Shown: positions 21,987 through 31,963, counted from the stretch's first letter. The stretch: DNA of 64,000 nt from Candidatus Eiseniibacteriota bacterium (GCA_963717935.1 CAVQXP010000004.1:1792001-1856000); one strand, 5' to 3'. A program made the numbers and translations. Notes: generated by a model from the sequence alone, not told the origin.

Positions 21987-22395
21987 CGAGGTTCGGTGGG
22001 GCCTCCCGGGGCGGGAAACGCTTGCCACGCCGCGCTCTCGGGACCAGGCCGGGCCCCCCGTCCCAGGTCCGTCCGGCTCGTGGCACGAGGAGCCCGTTCC
22101 GGCCCGGGACGCCGTGTCCGCCGGCTCGCAGCGCGCTCGGATGCGGCGGCGATTCCGGCCGGTGTCCCCAGGTTCAGGACTTCGACCTGGCCCGCGAGGT
22201 CTCTTTTCTTGGAAAGATTCTTGGAAAGATGGGACGTCTCCGCCAAGGTCACGGTGCCGGCGGACGGCAGGGTCTGCGGCGGGCACTCACGGCAGCCGAG
22301 CCCCCGAGGTGGGACTTGCGCAATCGGGCCGAGCATCTGATAGTCGGCCGTGTAGGCGCACGTCGCGTGTCCCGCATCACCCCGGGAGGTGCACT

Positions 22396-23076
22396 ATGGC
22401 TCTGGTGGCTTCGCCCTCGACGAGAGCGGTCGGGTTCTGGTCCGCCGTGCTCGCCACCGTGTTCAGCATCACGTACGACGTTGGGCAGATCGCGGAATGG
22501 TTGGGTTGGCTGGGCTCTGGCGGAGGGCCGGAGAGTGCCAGCACGCCTCTCGGGCTGGTCGTGCTCCTCACGCCATCGCTCTTTCTGGGGTCTGCGTTTC
22601 TCGTGCTCGCTGTGAGCATCCACCAGGTGGCGTCCCCCGACCGAAGGGTCTGGAGCCATGCAGCGGTCGCGTTCGCGACCGCCTATTGCGTGCTGATCAG
22701 CATCAACTACTTCGTTCAGCTCACGCTGGTGGCACCCCGGCTTGCCGCCGGGCGAGTTGCGGGCATCGAGCCGTTCCTCTTCATGCCCTTCGATTCGTTC
22801 TTGTACGCGGTGGACATCCTCGGGTACAGCTTCATGAGCGTGGCCACGCTCTTTGCGGCCGGCGTCTTCACGGGCGGCGGATTGGAGCGAGTTGCACGCT
22901 GGTTCCTGATCGCGAATGGGCTGTTGCTGCCGTTCATCGCGCTCCAGATGTACGTCCATTGGCTGATCTGGATCGCGGCGCTCTGGGCAGTGACCTTTCC
23001 GGGAGCCACGTGGTCTCTGGCGATTCTCTTCCGACGTGCAACGATCACGGAGAGCGGCTCTGGGTCCCGACGCTGA
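22396..23076 (+). CDS. Hypothetical membrane protein (~6 TM)
   Basis: GGAGG RBS before ATG 22396; alternating hydrophobic helices. Confidence 0.7.
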   Translation: MALVASPSTRAVGFWSAVLATVFSITYDVGQIAEWLGWLGSGGGPESASTPLGLVVLLTPSLFLGSAFLVLAVSIHQVASPDRRVWSHAAVAFATAYCVLISINYFVQLTLVAPRLAAGRVAGIEPFLFMPFDSFLYAVDILGYSFMSVATLFAAGVFTGGGLERVARWFLIANGLLLPFIALQMYVHWLIWIAALWAVTFPGATWSLAILFRRATITESGSGSRR

Positions 23077-23380
23077 CCTGCGCAATCGGGCACCGGGACT
23101 ACCGGAACGTCTTCCGGGAGACGCGGGCCGACTGGGGCCGGACCCGCTTGGGCTATGACGAGATGCTGGGCCTCTGGCCGGAGTCGCTGGAACTCAGAAG
23201 TCAGGCGGCTCGGCTCGCCCTCGACGCCGGCGACGCCGGCTGGTCGGCTGGCCAGGGGAAATGGAAGCTCTGAGACAAAGGTTCCGCGCCTGGTGCCAAA
23301 GACGTACAATGGCGATCGTTGAGGGAGCATAGAGTCGTCTACCGGCGCCGTATGGCACCGGAGATTCGGAGCGTACCCTC

Positions 23381-25075
23381 ATGTCGCGTTTCCGACGCGG
23401 GTTGCTGGTCCTTGGCTTTGGCGTGGCTGCCTGCCTGCCCGGGCAGGCGTCAGCGCAGTCGACCGACCCCCTGGTGCCGATGACCGTCCGCATCGGCAGC
23501 TGCCTCCGCCAGCACGAGGTCGAAGGCATCACCCGCGATGCCCGGTATGCCGTCAATCCCTCCGAAGTGATCCGGCTGTCCGTGGTCTCCCAACTCCTCG
23601 GTTTCAACGACCTCTGCGCGACGTTTCAGGGCCATGCCTACACCTACCGCAAGGATGTCACTGACCGGGCGGACTTCCTGATCAGCCACTACGGCGAGGC
23701 CACGTCGGGAACCGCCTTCGACGGCATGCTGGGCTACGCGCTGCTGGGCGCCTACGACATCACCGGCGACACCCGCTACCTCAACGCCGCGCTCCCCATC
23801 GTGGACCTCTGCATGAGGCTCAGGGGCAGCCGGAATCGATTGAACTGGGGACTGATGTCGGCGATGGCCCTGGGCAAGTTCTGCCAACTGACGGGCGACC
23901 CGGCGCCGCTGGCGAAGACGCTCGAGCTCCTGGGTTCGGTGGTCTCCGACCAGTCCCCGGACGGCAGCTTCGCCCACTACTGCGGTCGCTCCACCGACGT
24001 GCATTACACGGCCTGGATGGGCATGGAGTTGGTCCTCGTTCAGCGGTACGTCGACTACCCTCCCGCCGAACAAGTGCTCCAGGGGATCGAGGGGTTCCTC
24101 GCGCGGCGCATAGGCCCCTCCGGACAGACGACCTACATGGAGCCCTGTCCGGGCACGCCAAGCTGCTGGCTCTACTACTACAGCATAGCCAGCGGCTGCC
24201 CCCAGGACTACGACACGCGGGCCTGGGTCAACGAATTGGGATACGACGCGGTGGTCTTCGACCACTTCCGTGCGGACCGGTACGCCGACGTGATGCGGTT
24301 CCTCGATTCGCTCGAGGTCAGCGGCACCGTGCCCGACAAGTGGGACCACCTGCCGCCCGTCTCGGACCCGATCTACGCGTGGGCCAGCGCTGACACCTCG
24401 GTGATTCGGGCCAGTGTCGTCTTCTGGTCCCTGGCCAGCATGTGCAACTCGCGCTATGCCGCGCTGCTGGCTCGTTACGTTCCCCCCCGCGGTCCCCTTG
24501 CCGGCTACACGCTCGCGGGACTCATGGAGGATCTCGCCGAGTCTCGTGCCTCGCGCGAGTCCGCCGAGGACGACTACGTCGCCATCCTTGCCGCGAACGA
24601 AGAGAACCCCCTGCGCTACAAGTGGTTCGCGGTGGACAGCCTGGTGATTGCTGGCCCCGACGAGGACCGGTCCGGCAGCTTATCGCCCGGGTCGGGGATG
24701 CTCCCTGTGCGGCCGCCGATCGAGCAGACGGGGGCCGGCGGCGTCAGCGCCGGGGGCGAAGGGACGGGGTTCGCGGCGGCGCAGGTGGCTCCCTCGGACG
24801 TAGCCAGGCTCGGACCGCTCGCGCCGAACCCGGCGGTCCGGGACCAGACCGTCCGCTTCTGGCTGAGCCGGGATGCCGATGTGTCGCTCACGGTCTACGA
24901 CGCCGGTGGGCGGCAGGTGCGTTCGCTCCTCTCGGGGTGGCTCGGCGCAGGCGAGCACAGCTTGCGGTGGGACCGGGCGGACGACGCGGGCCGCCCGTGC
25001 CCGAGCGGTCTCTACCTCGTCGGTCTGCGCACGGGGAGCGAGGTGCGCATCGGCAGGATCGTCGTGATCCGCTGA
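23381..25075 (+). CDS. Secreted protein with helical N-terminal domain and C-terminal FlgD-Ig/T9SS-type domain
   Basis: Signal peptide ending ASA-Q; C-terminus APNP...VYDAGGRQVR...WDRADDAGRPCPSGLYLV...IVVIR. Confidence 0.8.
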   Translation: MSRFRRGLLVLGFGVAACLPGQASAQSTDPLVPMTVRIGSCLRQHEVEGITRDARYAVNPSEVIRLSVVSQLLGFNDLCATFQGHAYTYRKDVTDRADFLISHYGEATSGTAFDGMLGYALLGAYDITGDTRYLNAALPIVDLCMRLRGSRNRLNWGLMSAMALGKFCQLTGDPAPLAKTLELLGSVVSDQSPDGSFAHYCGRSTDVHYTAWMGMELVLVQRYVDYPPAEQVLQGIEGFLARRIGPSGQTTYMEPCPGTPSCWLYYYSIASGCPQDYDTRAWVNELGYDAVVFDHFRADRYADVMRFLDSLEVSGTVPDKWDHLPPVSDPIYAWASADTSVIRASVVFWSLASMCNSRYAALLARYVPPRGPLAGYTLAGLMEDLAESRASRESAEDDYVAILAANEENPLRYKWFAVDSLVIAGPDEDRSGSLSPGSGMLPVRPPIEQTGAGGVSAGGEGTGFAAAQVAPSDVARLGPLAPNPAVRDQTVRFWLSRDADVSLTVYDAGGRQVRSLLSGWLGAGEHSLRWDRADDAGRPCPSGLYLVGLRTGSEVRIGRIVVIR

Positions 25076-25117
25076 CATGGAACGGCCTCAGGTCAAGGCG
25101 CTTGCTGTGACCTCCTG

Positions 25118-25141
25118 GCGGCCACCTCTCGAGGTGGCCGC
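25118..25141. terminator. GC-rich hairpin, possible terminator
   Basis: GCGGCCACCTC-tc-GAGGTGGCCGC between convergent genes. Confidence 0.5.
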
Positions 25142-25225
25142 TGGGTCTTGGTGCTCTCGACAACTCCGTAGCCAGCTCAGAGCGTTCCGCCCCGCGATGA
25201 CGACCTGCACGGCCGGCATCAACCC

Positions 25226-25330
25226 TGATCCGCTACCCGACGCTGGAGCGACGGGGCACGCTCGAAGCCACTATCTCGGGGGCCTCGGCTTCTTCAACCT
25301 CGGCACGATATTCGGCCGGGGGCCGCTGCG
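25226..25330 (-). mobile_element. IS3-family right-end remnant
   Basis: Minus strand encodes PAEYRAEVEEAEAPEIVASSVPRRSSVG* and ends ...GGGTAGCGGATCA, matching the 3' end of the intact IS at ~35905-36011. Confidence 0.85.
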
Positions 25331-25371
25331 GCTTCGAGTGGATCGCCGCCCGACGGCTTCGCGGAGCCGCC

Positions 25372-26838
25372 CTAGTACCGCACGATCCCGCTGAGCTCCA
25401 CACCCTCGAACGCGGGCTCGTACTTGCAGACGCCGCCCGCGCACAGGTAGCCGGCCTGGCGTTTGCCGGCCCAGAGCGTGACGTGCATGCCCAGTTCCGT
25501 CGTGTAGGTGAACTGCAGGGCGGGAAAGGGGCCGGCCCTCTCACCGAAGGTGCGCTGCTCATCGTACTTGTTGTTCAATTCCAGCACGCCCGCCAGGGTC
25601 CACGTGGGGGCCACGCCCAGCTCGAGCTTCAGGAACTCCTCGTCGAACGCACCCAGGTTGAACCCGGTCCCACCGCCGAGACGCACGTGCTGGTGTTCGA
25701 CCTCCAGGCTCAAGCTGTGGCGCTCGTTCAGGAACCAGGTGGCCTCCGCCACGACGGTCTGGCGCAGCCCCTCGCTCTCGCGGTACCCGAAGCCTCCCCG
25801 CAGGCGGAAGTCTCCCCAGCGCTCCTTCTCGACGTGTCCGTAGATCTCCTCGAAGAGCAGGTCGCCGTCGTGACGCTCGGCACGGCTCGCGTTGACGAGG
25901 GCGCTCCAGCCGTTGCCGACCGACCCGGTGAGCTCCGCCTGCTGGCCGCGCTCGTCGTCGGCGTTCACGACGTGGGGGGCGCGGTTGAGGAGCGTGAAGA
26001 GGTGCTCGCGGGTGAGCGAAGGCGGGTTGTTCAGCGGCGTGCGCCCGTCGGCGCGCCGCAGCACCGTGAACCGCCGGTAGTCCTTGGTCTCCAGCGACAG
26101 CCCCAGGGGGCCCGCGGCCAGGTCGAGGGCGCCGTAGAAGGCGTGCCCGCCCTGGTACTCGTCGTCCGGGACGACCTCGAAGTCCCACCCCTTCTTGCGG
26201 CCGTACTCCACGTAGAGGCCGCCCCAGGGGCGCGTCGTGGTCAACCGCGACGCCGCCACCCACTCGCGGTGCACGTCGCCCTCGGCATCGGTCAGGCCGT
26301 CGGCGCGCCAGGTCAGGCTGGAGCCGCCGACGGACCAGCCGCGGCCGAGGTCGGCCTCCGCGTCGAGACCCCGCACGTCCACCGGCAGCTCGCCGGGCGT
26401 GCCCGTGAACGCCGTGCCACGCAGCCGGTCGCGGCGGCCCGACACGAGCAGGCCGTCGAGCGCCGTGTCGATGCGGATGCGCCGGTCCTCCTGGGCGGCG
26501 AACAGGAGCCCGCGCCCGAACATCCCGTAGAAGTGTCCGACACGCAGGTCGAGGCCCTGGGTGCTGAACTCGACGAAGCGGTGCCGGACGTCGTTGAGCC
26601 TGACGTTCTCCTCGGAGGGGGCCTGGTGGTTGAGCAGGATGCCCGCCCGGACGCCGTTCAGGAGCAGGCTCGCGTCCAGCCAGTTCTCGACGATCTCGGC
26701 GCCGGTCTCCGTGTTGTAGGAGTACTCGAACGCGTCGACCGCCATGACCTGGGGGTCCGACGCGATCCCGCCCCGCGCGGCCGAAGCGCCGCAGAGGATC
26801 GCGATCGTGCCGGCCAGGACGAGTCCGGCGCGCCTCAT
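25372..26838 (-). CDS. DUF6029-like outer-membrane beta-barrel protein
   Basis: Signal peptide; GHFYGMFGRGLL, NNPPSLTREH, and C-terminal GYLCAGGVCKYEPAFEG...RY; ATGA overlap with the upstream gene. Confidence 0.72.
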   Translation of the reverse strand: MRRAGLVLAGTIAILCGASAARGGIASDPQVMAVDAFEYSYNTETGAEIVENWLDASLLLNGVRAGILLNHQAPSEENVRLNDVRHRFVEFSTQGLDLRVGHFYGMFGRGLLFAAQEDRRIRIDTALDGLLVSGRRDRLRGTAFTGTPGELPVDVRGLDAEADLGRGWSVGGSSLTWRADGLTDAEGDVHREWVAASRLTTTRPWGGLYVEYGRKKGWDFEVVPDDEYQGGHAFYGALDLAAGPLGLSLETKDYRRFTVLRRADGRTPLNNPPSLTREHLFTLLNRAPHVVNADDERGQQAELTGSVGNGWSALVNASRAERHDGDLLFEEIYGHVEKERWGDFRLRGGFGYRESEGLRQTVVAEATWFLNERHSLSLEVEHQHVRLGGGTGFNLGAFDEEFLKLELGVAPTWTLAGVLELNNKYDEQRTFGERAGPFPALQFTYTTELGMHVTLWAGKRQAGYLCAGGVCKYEPAFEGVELSGIVRY

Positions 26839-27455
26839 GGGGCCGGCGCCGCGACGGCGGCCGAGTCCCCGAGCAGCGCCATGACCTTCTCGCGCAGCTT
26901 GGCTTCGTCCCCCTCGTGGTAGCCGAGGTGGCGATAGACCTCCACCCCCCGGGAATCGTAGAGGACGAGGAACGGCAGGCTGCCGCCCACCTGCATCTTG
27001 CGGGCGACGTCGCCGGCCGTGTCGAGCGGCACGGTCAGACCGAGCCGCTTCGATTGCAGGTAGGGTCGCACCCTGGCCACGCCGCGCGTGGCGTCCTCGT
27101 TCACCGCGAGGACGGTCAGGCGCCCGGCCGTCTCGCGCGCCAGGGCGTCCAGGTGGGGCAGCTCCTTCAGGCAGGGGACGCACCAGAGCGCCCAGAACGA
27201 CACCAGCACGGGCCCCCGCGAGAGGGCCGCGTGCAGGCGGACTTCCTTGCCGTCCGTCGTGCGCAGGGTCCAGTCGGGGACGGCGAACCGCGCCGGCGCG
27301 GCCGAGGAGGCCGCGCCGGCAGCGGAGACAACCGGGATCCCGAGAGGCGTGAAGGTCATCAGGGCCAGCACCGCGGCCGTCGCGACAGCCCGCCGCGTCA
27401 CGCGCGACCGCGGGCAAGCAGTGGACGAGGCCGACGCCTCCCGGGAGTGGTTCAC
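26835..27455 (-). CDS. TlpA family thiol-disulfide oxidoreductase
   Basis: VLVSFWALWCVPCLKELP; GTGA overlap with the upstream stop. Confidence 0.88.
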   Translation of the reverse strand: MNHSREASASSTACPRSRVTRRAVATAAVLALMTFTPLGIPVVSAAGAASSAAPARFAVPDWTLRTTDGKEVRLHAALSRGPVLVSFWALWCVPCLKELPHLDALARETAGRLTVLAVNEDATRGVARVRPYLQSKRLGLTVPLDTAGDVARKMQVGGSLPFLVLYDSRGVEVYRHLGYHEGDEAKLREKVMALLGDSAAVAAPAP

Positions 27456-29491
27456 CTCAGCACCGTCACCCGCGTCACCCGCGCGTCCGCGCCCTGCTGC
27501 AGGCGCACCAGGTAGAGCCCCGGCGCGAGGGTACGGCCCTCGCCCAGGTCGAGCGTGTGCCGCCCTGCGCCGAGCGAGCCGACGTCGTGCGCGACGACGC
27601 GGCGACCGGCCACGTCGAACAGTTCGAGCGAGGCCGGCGCCGCGCTCGGCAGCGTGAAGCGCATCGTCAGGGCACCCTGCGTGGGATTCGGGCGGACCGG
27701 CTCGAGGGCGAACGCCAGCGGAGCCTCCCCCGGCACCGAGACCCGGCCCGCGCCCAGCCAGTCGAGGCTGCGCGCCATCACGGCGAATCGGCTCGACTCC
27801 GTGTCCTGCCCCTCGAGACCGTAGGCCAGGTAGACGACGCGAAACGGGCCGCTCTCGTAACGGACGCCGGCGACCTTGCCGGGGCTGTACAGGAAGCAGC
27901 CGACCGCGCCGGCTCGTGCCGAGATCTGGCTCGCATACTCCTGGTTGTCGGCGCCCGTGCCCCCTTGCAGGGCGAATTCCAGGCCGTCCCCGATCGGGTC
28001 GCCATCCAGGCCGGCGACGGTCAGATCGCCGACGCGATCGACCACGTAGTTGGCGCCCAGGTACGTGTTGTACCAGGCGAGGCTCGCGGTGGTCATGTCC
28101 GAACTGCCGGGGTCGCACAGGTCCCAGCCGATGTCCTGGCCGCTGATGAACATCCGGCCGCCGCCGTCCAGGTACGTACCCAGCGCGGCCATGTCCGCGA
28201 CCGTCAGGACCGGGTAGGCCAGCCCGGCGTTCCAGACGGTGATGGCGAAGTAGTCGAGCTGGGTGGCGGAGAGCTCCCCGTCCGCGAGCCGGTCCCACTT
28301 CGCGTACGTCCAGCCCGACGCGTCGAGGGCGCTCGTGTAGTAGGTCTCGTAGTCTTTGCCGCCGTCGCTGTCCACGGAGAGGACCCGTATGCCGTCGGAG
28401 ATCAGCTTGACGGTGCGGGTCCAGGTGTCCGCGGGCTCGCCCCGGCTGGTCGTGGTGGCGGTCATCGTGCCCGTGCCGGCCGTCTGCAGGGGCTGGATGT
28501 CCACCCGCACCAACTGCTGGGCACCGGGGGCCAGGGTGACCGCGAAGTCCAGGATCCAGGGCGGATAGCAGGTGGTCCCGATGCAGATCGAGCCGCTCCA
28601 TCCCGCCGGCAGCGCCGGGGTCACGTGGATGTCGTAGGTGTCCGAGGTGGTGCCGTAGTTGGTGAGGATGGTCTCGAAGTTGTACAGCGTGCCCCGGGGC
28701 GACACGTCGGCGCGCTGGTGCGCGCCGTAGTAGTGGGCGTAGGGCGGCAGGACCGCCGAGCTGCCCGCCTGCAGCACCTCCCTGGTGGCGTCGTCCTGCA
28801 CCCAGACCACGGCGCGGATGTTGTCCAGGTTCCAGGCGGCATCCACCGGCGCGCTCAGCGAGAAGTTCTGGGTCTGGCCCGCGCTGATCGTCAGAGGCGT
28901 GCCGGCGTAGTCGGGCAGCATGTCGCGCATGGTGTTGTAGAAGTCCGTCTGGCCGTTCGAGCCGGGCGCTTCCTCGAAGATGATCTCGGTCTCGACCAGG
29001 GCGATGCGCAGCGCCAGGTTGCTGGCCGGCACCGTGCCCTCCGCCGTGACCTGTACGTCCACGGTGACCATGCCGCCGGCCACCGTCTTGCCGACCACGA
29101 GGGCGATGGGCGAGTCCAGCGTGAGGCGGTTGGCCGCCATTCCCTCCAGGGCATCCACGCTGCCGCCGACCGTCGCGCTGCCGTCCGAGAAGAGCGCGGG
29201 CACCGAGTTGATCCCGTAGTAGGCCCGCCTGCCGGTGACGTCGGCGCTCGTGGTCAGGTAGAACGGATCGCTCGCGTCCGGCCACCAGACGTGGTAGCTC
29301 ACGCCCACCGCCATGGCCGGCTCGTAGGTGGTCATGAACTCGTGCGTGGCCGCGTTGTCATCCGGGCAGTACGGGCAGCCGACGTTCGTGAAGCCCTCGA
29401 CGAGCATCACGCGCGGGACCGCCAGGGCCGTGCCAGCCATCAGGGTACAGGCCAGCAGGCAGATGATGCTCCAGGTTAGCGGTGTTCTCAT
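27452..29491 (-). CDS. Omp28-like protein with C-terminal T9SS-type domain
   Basis: Signal peptide; MLVEGFTNVGCPYCP, YHVWWP..SDPFY, and C-terminal PNP...LFDVAGRRV...APGLYLVRL. Confidence 0.8.
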   Translation of the reverse strand: MRTPLTWSIICLLACTLMAGTALAVPRVMLVEGFTNVGCPYCPDDNAATHEFMTTYEPAMAVGVSYHVWWPDASDPFYLTTSADVTGRRAYYGINSVPALFSDGSATVGGSVDALEGMAANRLTLDSPIALVVGKTVAGGMVTVDVQVTAEGTVPASNLALRIALVETEIIFEEAPGSNGQTDFYNTMRDMLPDYAGTPLTISAGQTQNFSLSAPVDAAWNLDNIRAVVWVQDDATREVLQAGSSAVLPPYAHYYGAHQRADVSPRGTLYNFETILTNYGTTSDTYDIHVTPALPAGWSGSICIGTTCYPPWILDFAVTLAPGAQQLVRVDIQPLQTAGTGTMTATTTSRGEPADTWTRTVKLISDGIRVLSVDSDGGKDYETYYTSALDASGWTYAKWDRLADGELSATQLDYFAITVWNAGLAYPVLTVADMAALGTYLDGGGRMFISGQDIGWDLCDPGSSDMTTASLAWYNTYLGANYVVDRVGDLTVAGLDGDPIGDGLEFALQGGTGADNQEYASQISARAGAVGCFLYSPGKVAGVRYESGPFRVVYLAYGLEGQDTESSRFAVMARSLDWLGAGRVSVPGEAPLAFALEPVRPNPTQGALTMRFTLPSAAPASLELFDVAGRRVVAHDVGSLGAGRHTLDLGEGRTLAPGLYLVRLQQGADARVTRVTVLR

Positions 29492-30593
29492 GGCCGACCT
29501 CCTGCTGCGGGTGGGGGGGGACGGTGAACGAAGACGCCCGTGCGGGCCGTGCTGCGACGAGGCCCGAGGCGTTCACGGGTGCGTATCCTGCCTGCAGGAC
29601 TTCGCGCGTGGCGGGGTCCTGCACGAAGGCGATGACGAACAGGCGATCCTGGATCCAGGCGGAGTTCAGGGTCAGCGTCCCCGACTTGAACACGGGCGTG
29701 CCCGCGGTCAGCGGCAAGGGGCAGTCGGGCAGGGTGATGAAATCGCGCATGATCCAGTGGAACTCCGTCTCGCCCGTGGTGCCCGGGGGCGTGTCGTAGA
29801 GCACCGGGTGCTCGGCGAGCACCAGGTGCAGCTGGGCCCCGGCGCGCTCGACCGTCCGCACGGCGGTCAGCGTCACGTCGGCGGCCACACCCGCCCCGGC
29901 GACGGCCGCCTCCACGGCGATCGCGAACCCCGGACTCTCCGCCAGCAGCCCGCCCACGAGGGCCGACAGCTCGGTCGTGGTCGGAGGTACACCGGAGTTG
30001 CCGACGAGCGCCCCGTCGGCGAAGAGGGTGGGCACGCCCAAGATGTCGCTCATGTAGGTCGTGAGGCGCGCGAGGTTGTCCGCCGGGTTGGCCTGGTAGT
30101 GGGGATCCGACGGCTCGGGCCAGTTTGCCGCCCACTTGATCAGCAGGACCCGGTCGAGGCCGTGTCCCGGCTCGGCCATGACGGCCGTGAGCACCGCCGC
30201 CAGCTCCGGGCAGCCGGGGCAACTCACGTTCGAGAAGCCTTCCAGGAGGACGACCTTGGGCGGGTCCTGGGTAACCGCCTGGAGGGTGAACGTGGCGCTG
30301 GCAAGGCTGGAAACCGCCACATCGACGACCACGGACTCCGGCGCAGCGGCGTAGCCGGTCAGCACCACGCGCACGACATGGGGGCCCGCGGCGACCGACT
30401 CGAGGGTGTCGGGAGTGACCGCGCCCGTGTCGTGTCCGTCCAGGAAGATCGCGGCGCCGGTGGGGGTGGAAAGGATGCTCAGCGAACCGTAGGGCCGGGG
30501 GGCGAAGAACGGCGCCTCCCGGCCGCACCCGGCCAGGATCGAAGCCACTAGCAGCGCTGCGGCCAGGGAACCGAGAAGGCGAGACATCCGCAT
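29358..30593 (-). CDS. PEGA + Omp28-like lipoprotein (true stop probably at 29488)
   Basis: Lipobox LAGC; PEGA (STPTGAAIFLDG); LLEGFSNVSCPGCP; paralogous to the downstream gene. Confidence 0.78.
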   Translation of the reverse strand: MRMSRLLGSLAAALLVASILAGCGREAPFFAPRPYGSLSILSTPTGAAIFLDGHDTGAVTPDTLESVAAGPHVVRVVLTGYAAAPESVVVDVAVSSLASATFTLQAVTQDPPKVVLLEGFSNVSCPGCPELAAVLTAVMAEPGHGLDRVLLIKWAANWPEPSDPHYQANPADNLARLTTYMSDILGVPTLFADGALVGNSGVPPTTTELSALVGGLLAESPGFAIAVEAAVAGAGVAADVTLTAVRTVERAGAQLHLVLAEHPVLYDTPPGTTGETEFHWIMRDFITLPDCPLPLTAGTPVFKSGTLTLNSAWIQDRLFVIAFVQDPATREVLQAGYAPVNASGLVAARPARASSFTVPPHPQQEVGHENTANLEHHLPAGLYPDGWHGPGGPARDARRGLHERRLPVLPG

Positions 30594-30838
30594 CCTTCCC
30601 AAGAGCTGTCGTCCGTGGGGGCGCCATGGAAGCGCAAGAAACAGCCAGATAATCATAGAGAGTCGGAGATGGGGCGGTCAAGAGTCGAATCGCTCAAGCC
30701 GTTGGCGACAAAGTCTCTGGAGTGCTCCGCCCCGAGTTTCCCGGGGGCTCGAGAAGCGGGGAAGACCAAGGCGTGGGAGGGAGAGTGGCGTTCGCCCGGC
30801 CTCCCCCCTCCGACGTCCGTACAGCCTGGCGAGGAACC

Positions 30839-31927
30839 TCAGCCCGGGCGGGAGTCCCCCCGCACCAACTGACCGCAGGCCCCTTGCACGTCACGCCCGC
30901 GGCTCTTGCGGACGGTGACGAAGCAGCCCCGCGCTTTCAAGCGGTCCACGAAGGCCTCGAGTCGGCTTTCATCGGGTTCCTTGAAAGCCGATGCGGCATG
31001 CTCGTTCATGCGGATGAGGTTGAGATTGTGGCGTTCGCGGAGGGTGCCCATCCACTCGCCGAGGCGGTCGGCATCCTCCATCGTGTCGTTGACGCCCGCC
31101 ATCAGCACGTACTCGAAGGTGAGCCTCTCCCTGGCGCGCAGGGGCCATGCCGCCAGAGCCTGGCGCAGACACGCCAGGTTCCACACCCGGTTGACCGGCA
31201 TCACGGCACTGCGGGCCGCGTCGGTGGTGGCGTTGAGGGAGAGGGCCAGCCAGGGCCGCGGTGAGAGTCTTGCGAGTCGCTCGATGCCGTTGGCCAGGCC
31301 CGAGGTGGAGACCGTGATCCGCCGGGCGCTGATATTGAGGCCCTGTTTGTGGTTGAAGACGCGAATGGCCCGATGCACATGCTCCAGGTTGTGCAGCGGT
31401 TCGCCCATTCCCATGAAGAGGAGCGTGATCCGCTGTGTCCTCACGGATTCCAACGCCCGAAGCAGGACCAGCACCTGGCCGACGATCTCTCCTGCCGTAA
31501 GATTGCGCTTGATGCCCATGGCGCCGGTGGCGCAGAAGGTGCAGCCCATGGCACAACCCACCTGGCTGCTGAGGCAGAGGGTCAGCCGTGGATCGCGGAA
31601 CTCGCTGGGCAAGTGCACGGCCTCGATACGCTCGCCGTCCGAGAGGCCCAGCACCAGCTTCGTGCTGCCGTCCTCCGAGACTCTGCGCTCCAGGATCTCA
31701 GGGAGCGACAAGTCCAGGTTCCGGGACATCCATTCGCGAATCGCACGGCTCAGTCGAGGACGGTCATTGACCCAGGCCCAGGGCTGCTGGCACTGGACGA
31801 AGAGGTGCTCGGCCCGCCCCGGCGCGCCCAGGGCCGCGAAGTCCTCGGGCAGCAGCGCATAGGCCGAGGGCTTTCCGGTCCGCTCGGGGGCGGCACGATC
31901 CCACGGATGGAGCTTCGATTCGGTCAC
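30839..31927 (-). CDS. rlmN: 23S rRNA/tRNA radical-SAM methyltransferase, RlmN/Cfr family
   Basis: CLSSQVGCAMGCTFCATG, MGMGEPLHN and RGRDVQGACGQL; GTG start at 31927 is inferred. Confidence 0.88.
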   Translation of the reverse strand: MTESKLHPWDRAAPERTGKPSAYALLPEDFAALGAPGRAEHLFVQCQQPWAWVNDRPRLSRAIREWMSRNLDLSLPEILERRVSEDGSTKLVLGLSDGERIEAVHLPSEFRDPRLTLCLSSQVGCAMGCTFCATGAMGIKRNLTAGEIVGQVLVLLRALESVRTQRITLLFMGMGEPLHNLEHVHRAIRVFNHKQGLNISARRITVSTSGLANGIERLARLSPRPWLALSLNATTDAARSAVMPVNRVWNLACLRQALAAWPLRARERLTFEYVLMAGVNDTMEDADRLGEWMGTLRERHNLNLIRMNEHAASAFKEPDESRLEAFVDRLKARGCFVTVRKSRGRDVQGACGQLVRGDSRPG

Positions 31928-31963
31928 GGCCTTATGGTAGTGGACGGAGGGACCAGGCCCAAC

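Noticed and set aside
23077..23273. Short reading frame (DWGRTRLGYDEMLGLWPES...) that looks like a gene remnant
   Set aside because: No start or RBS and too short to assign
25372..30593. Selenocysteine recoding in the CxxC proteins
   Set aside because: All motif positions are Cys codons; no in-frame TGA
30839..31927. Cfr-type resistance methyltransferase
   Set aside because: Motifs fit the RlmN/Cfr family generally and nothing specifically indicates Cfr; needs phylogeny
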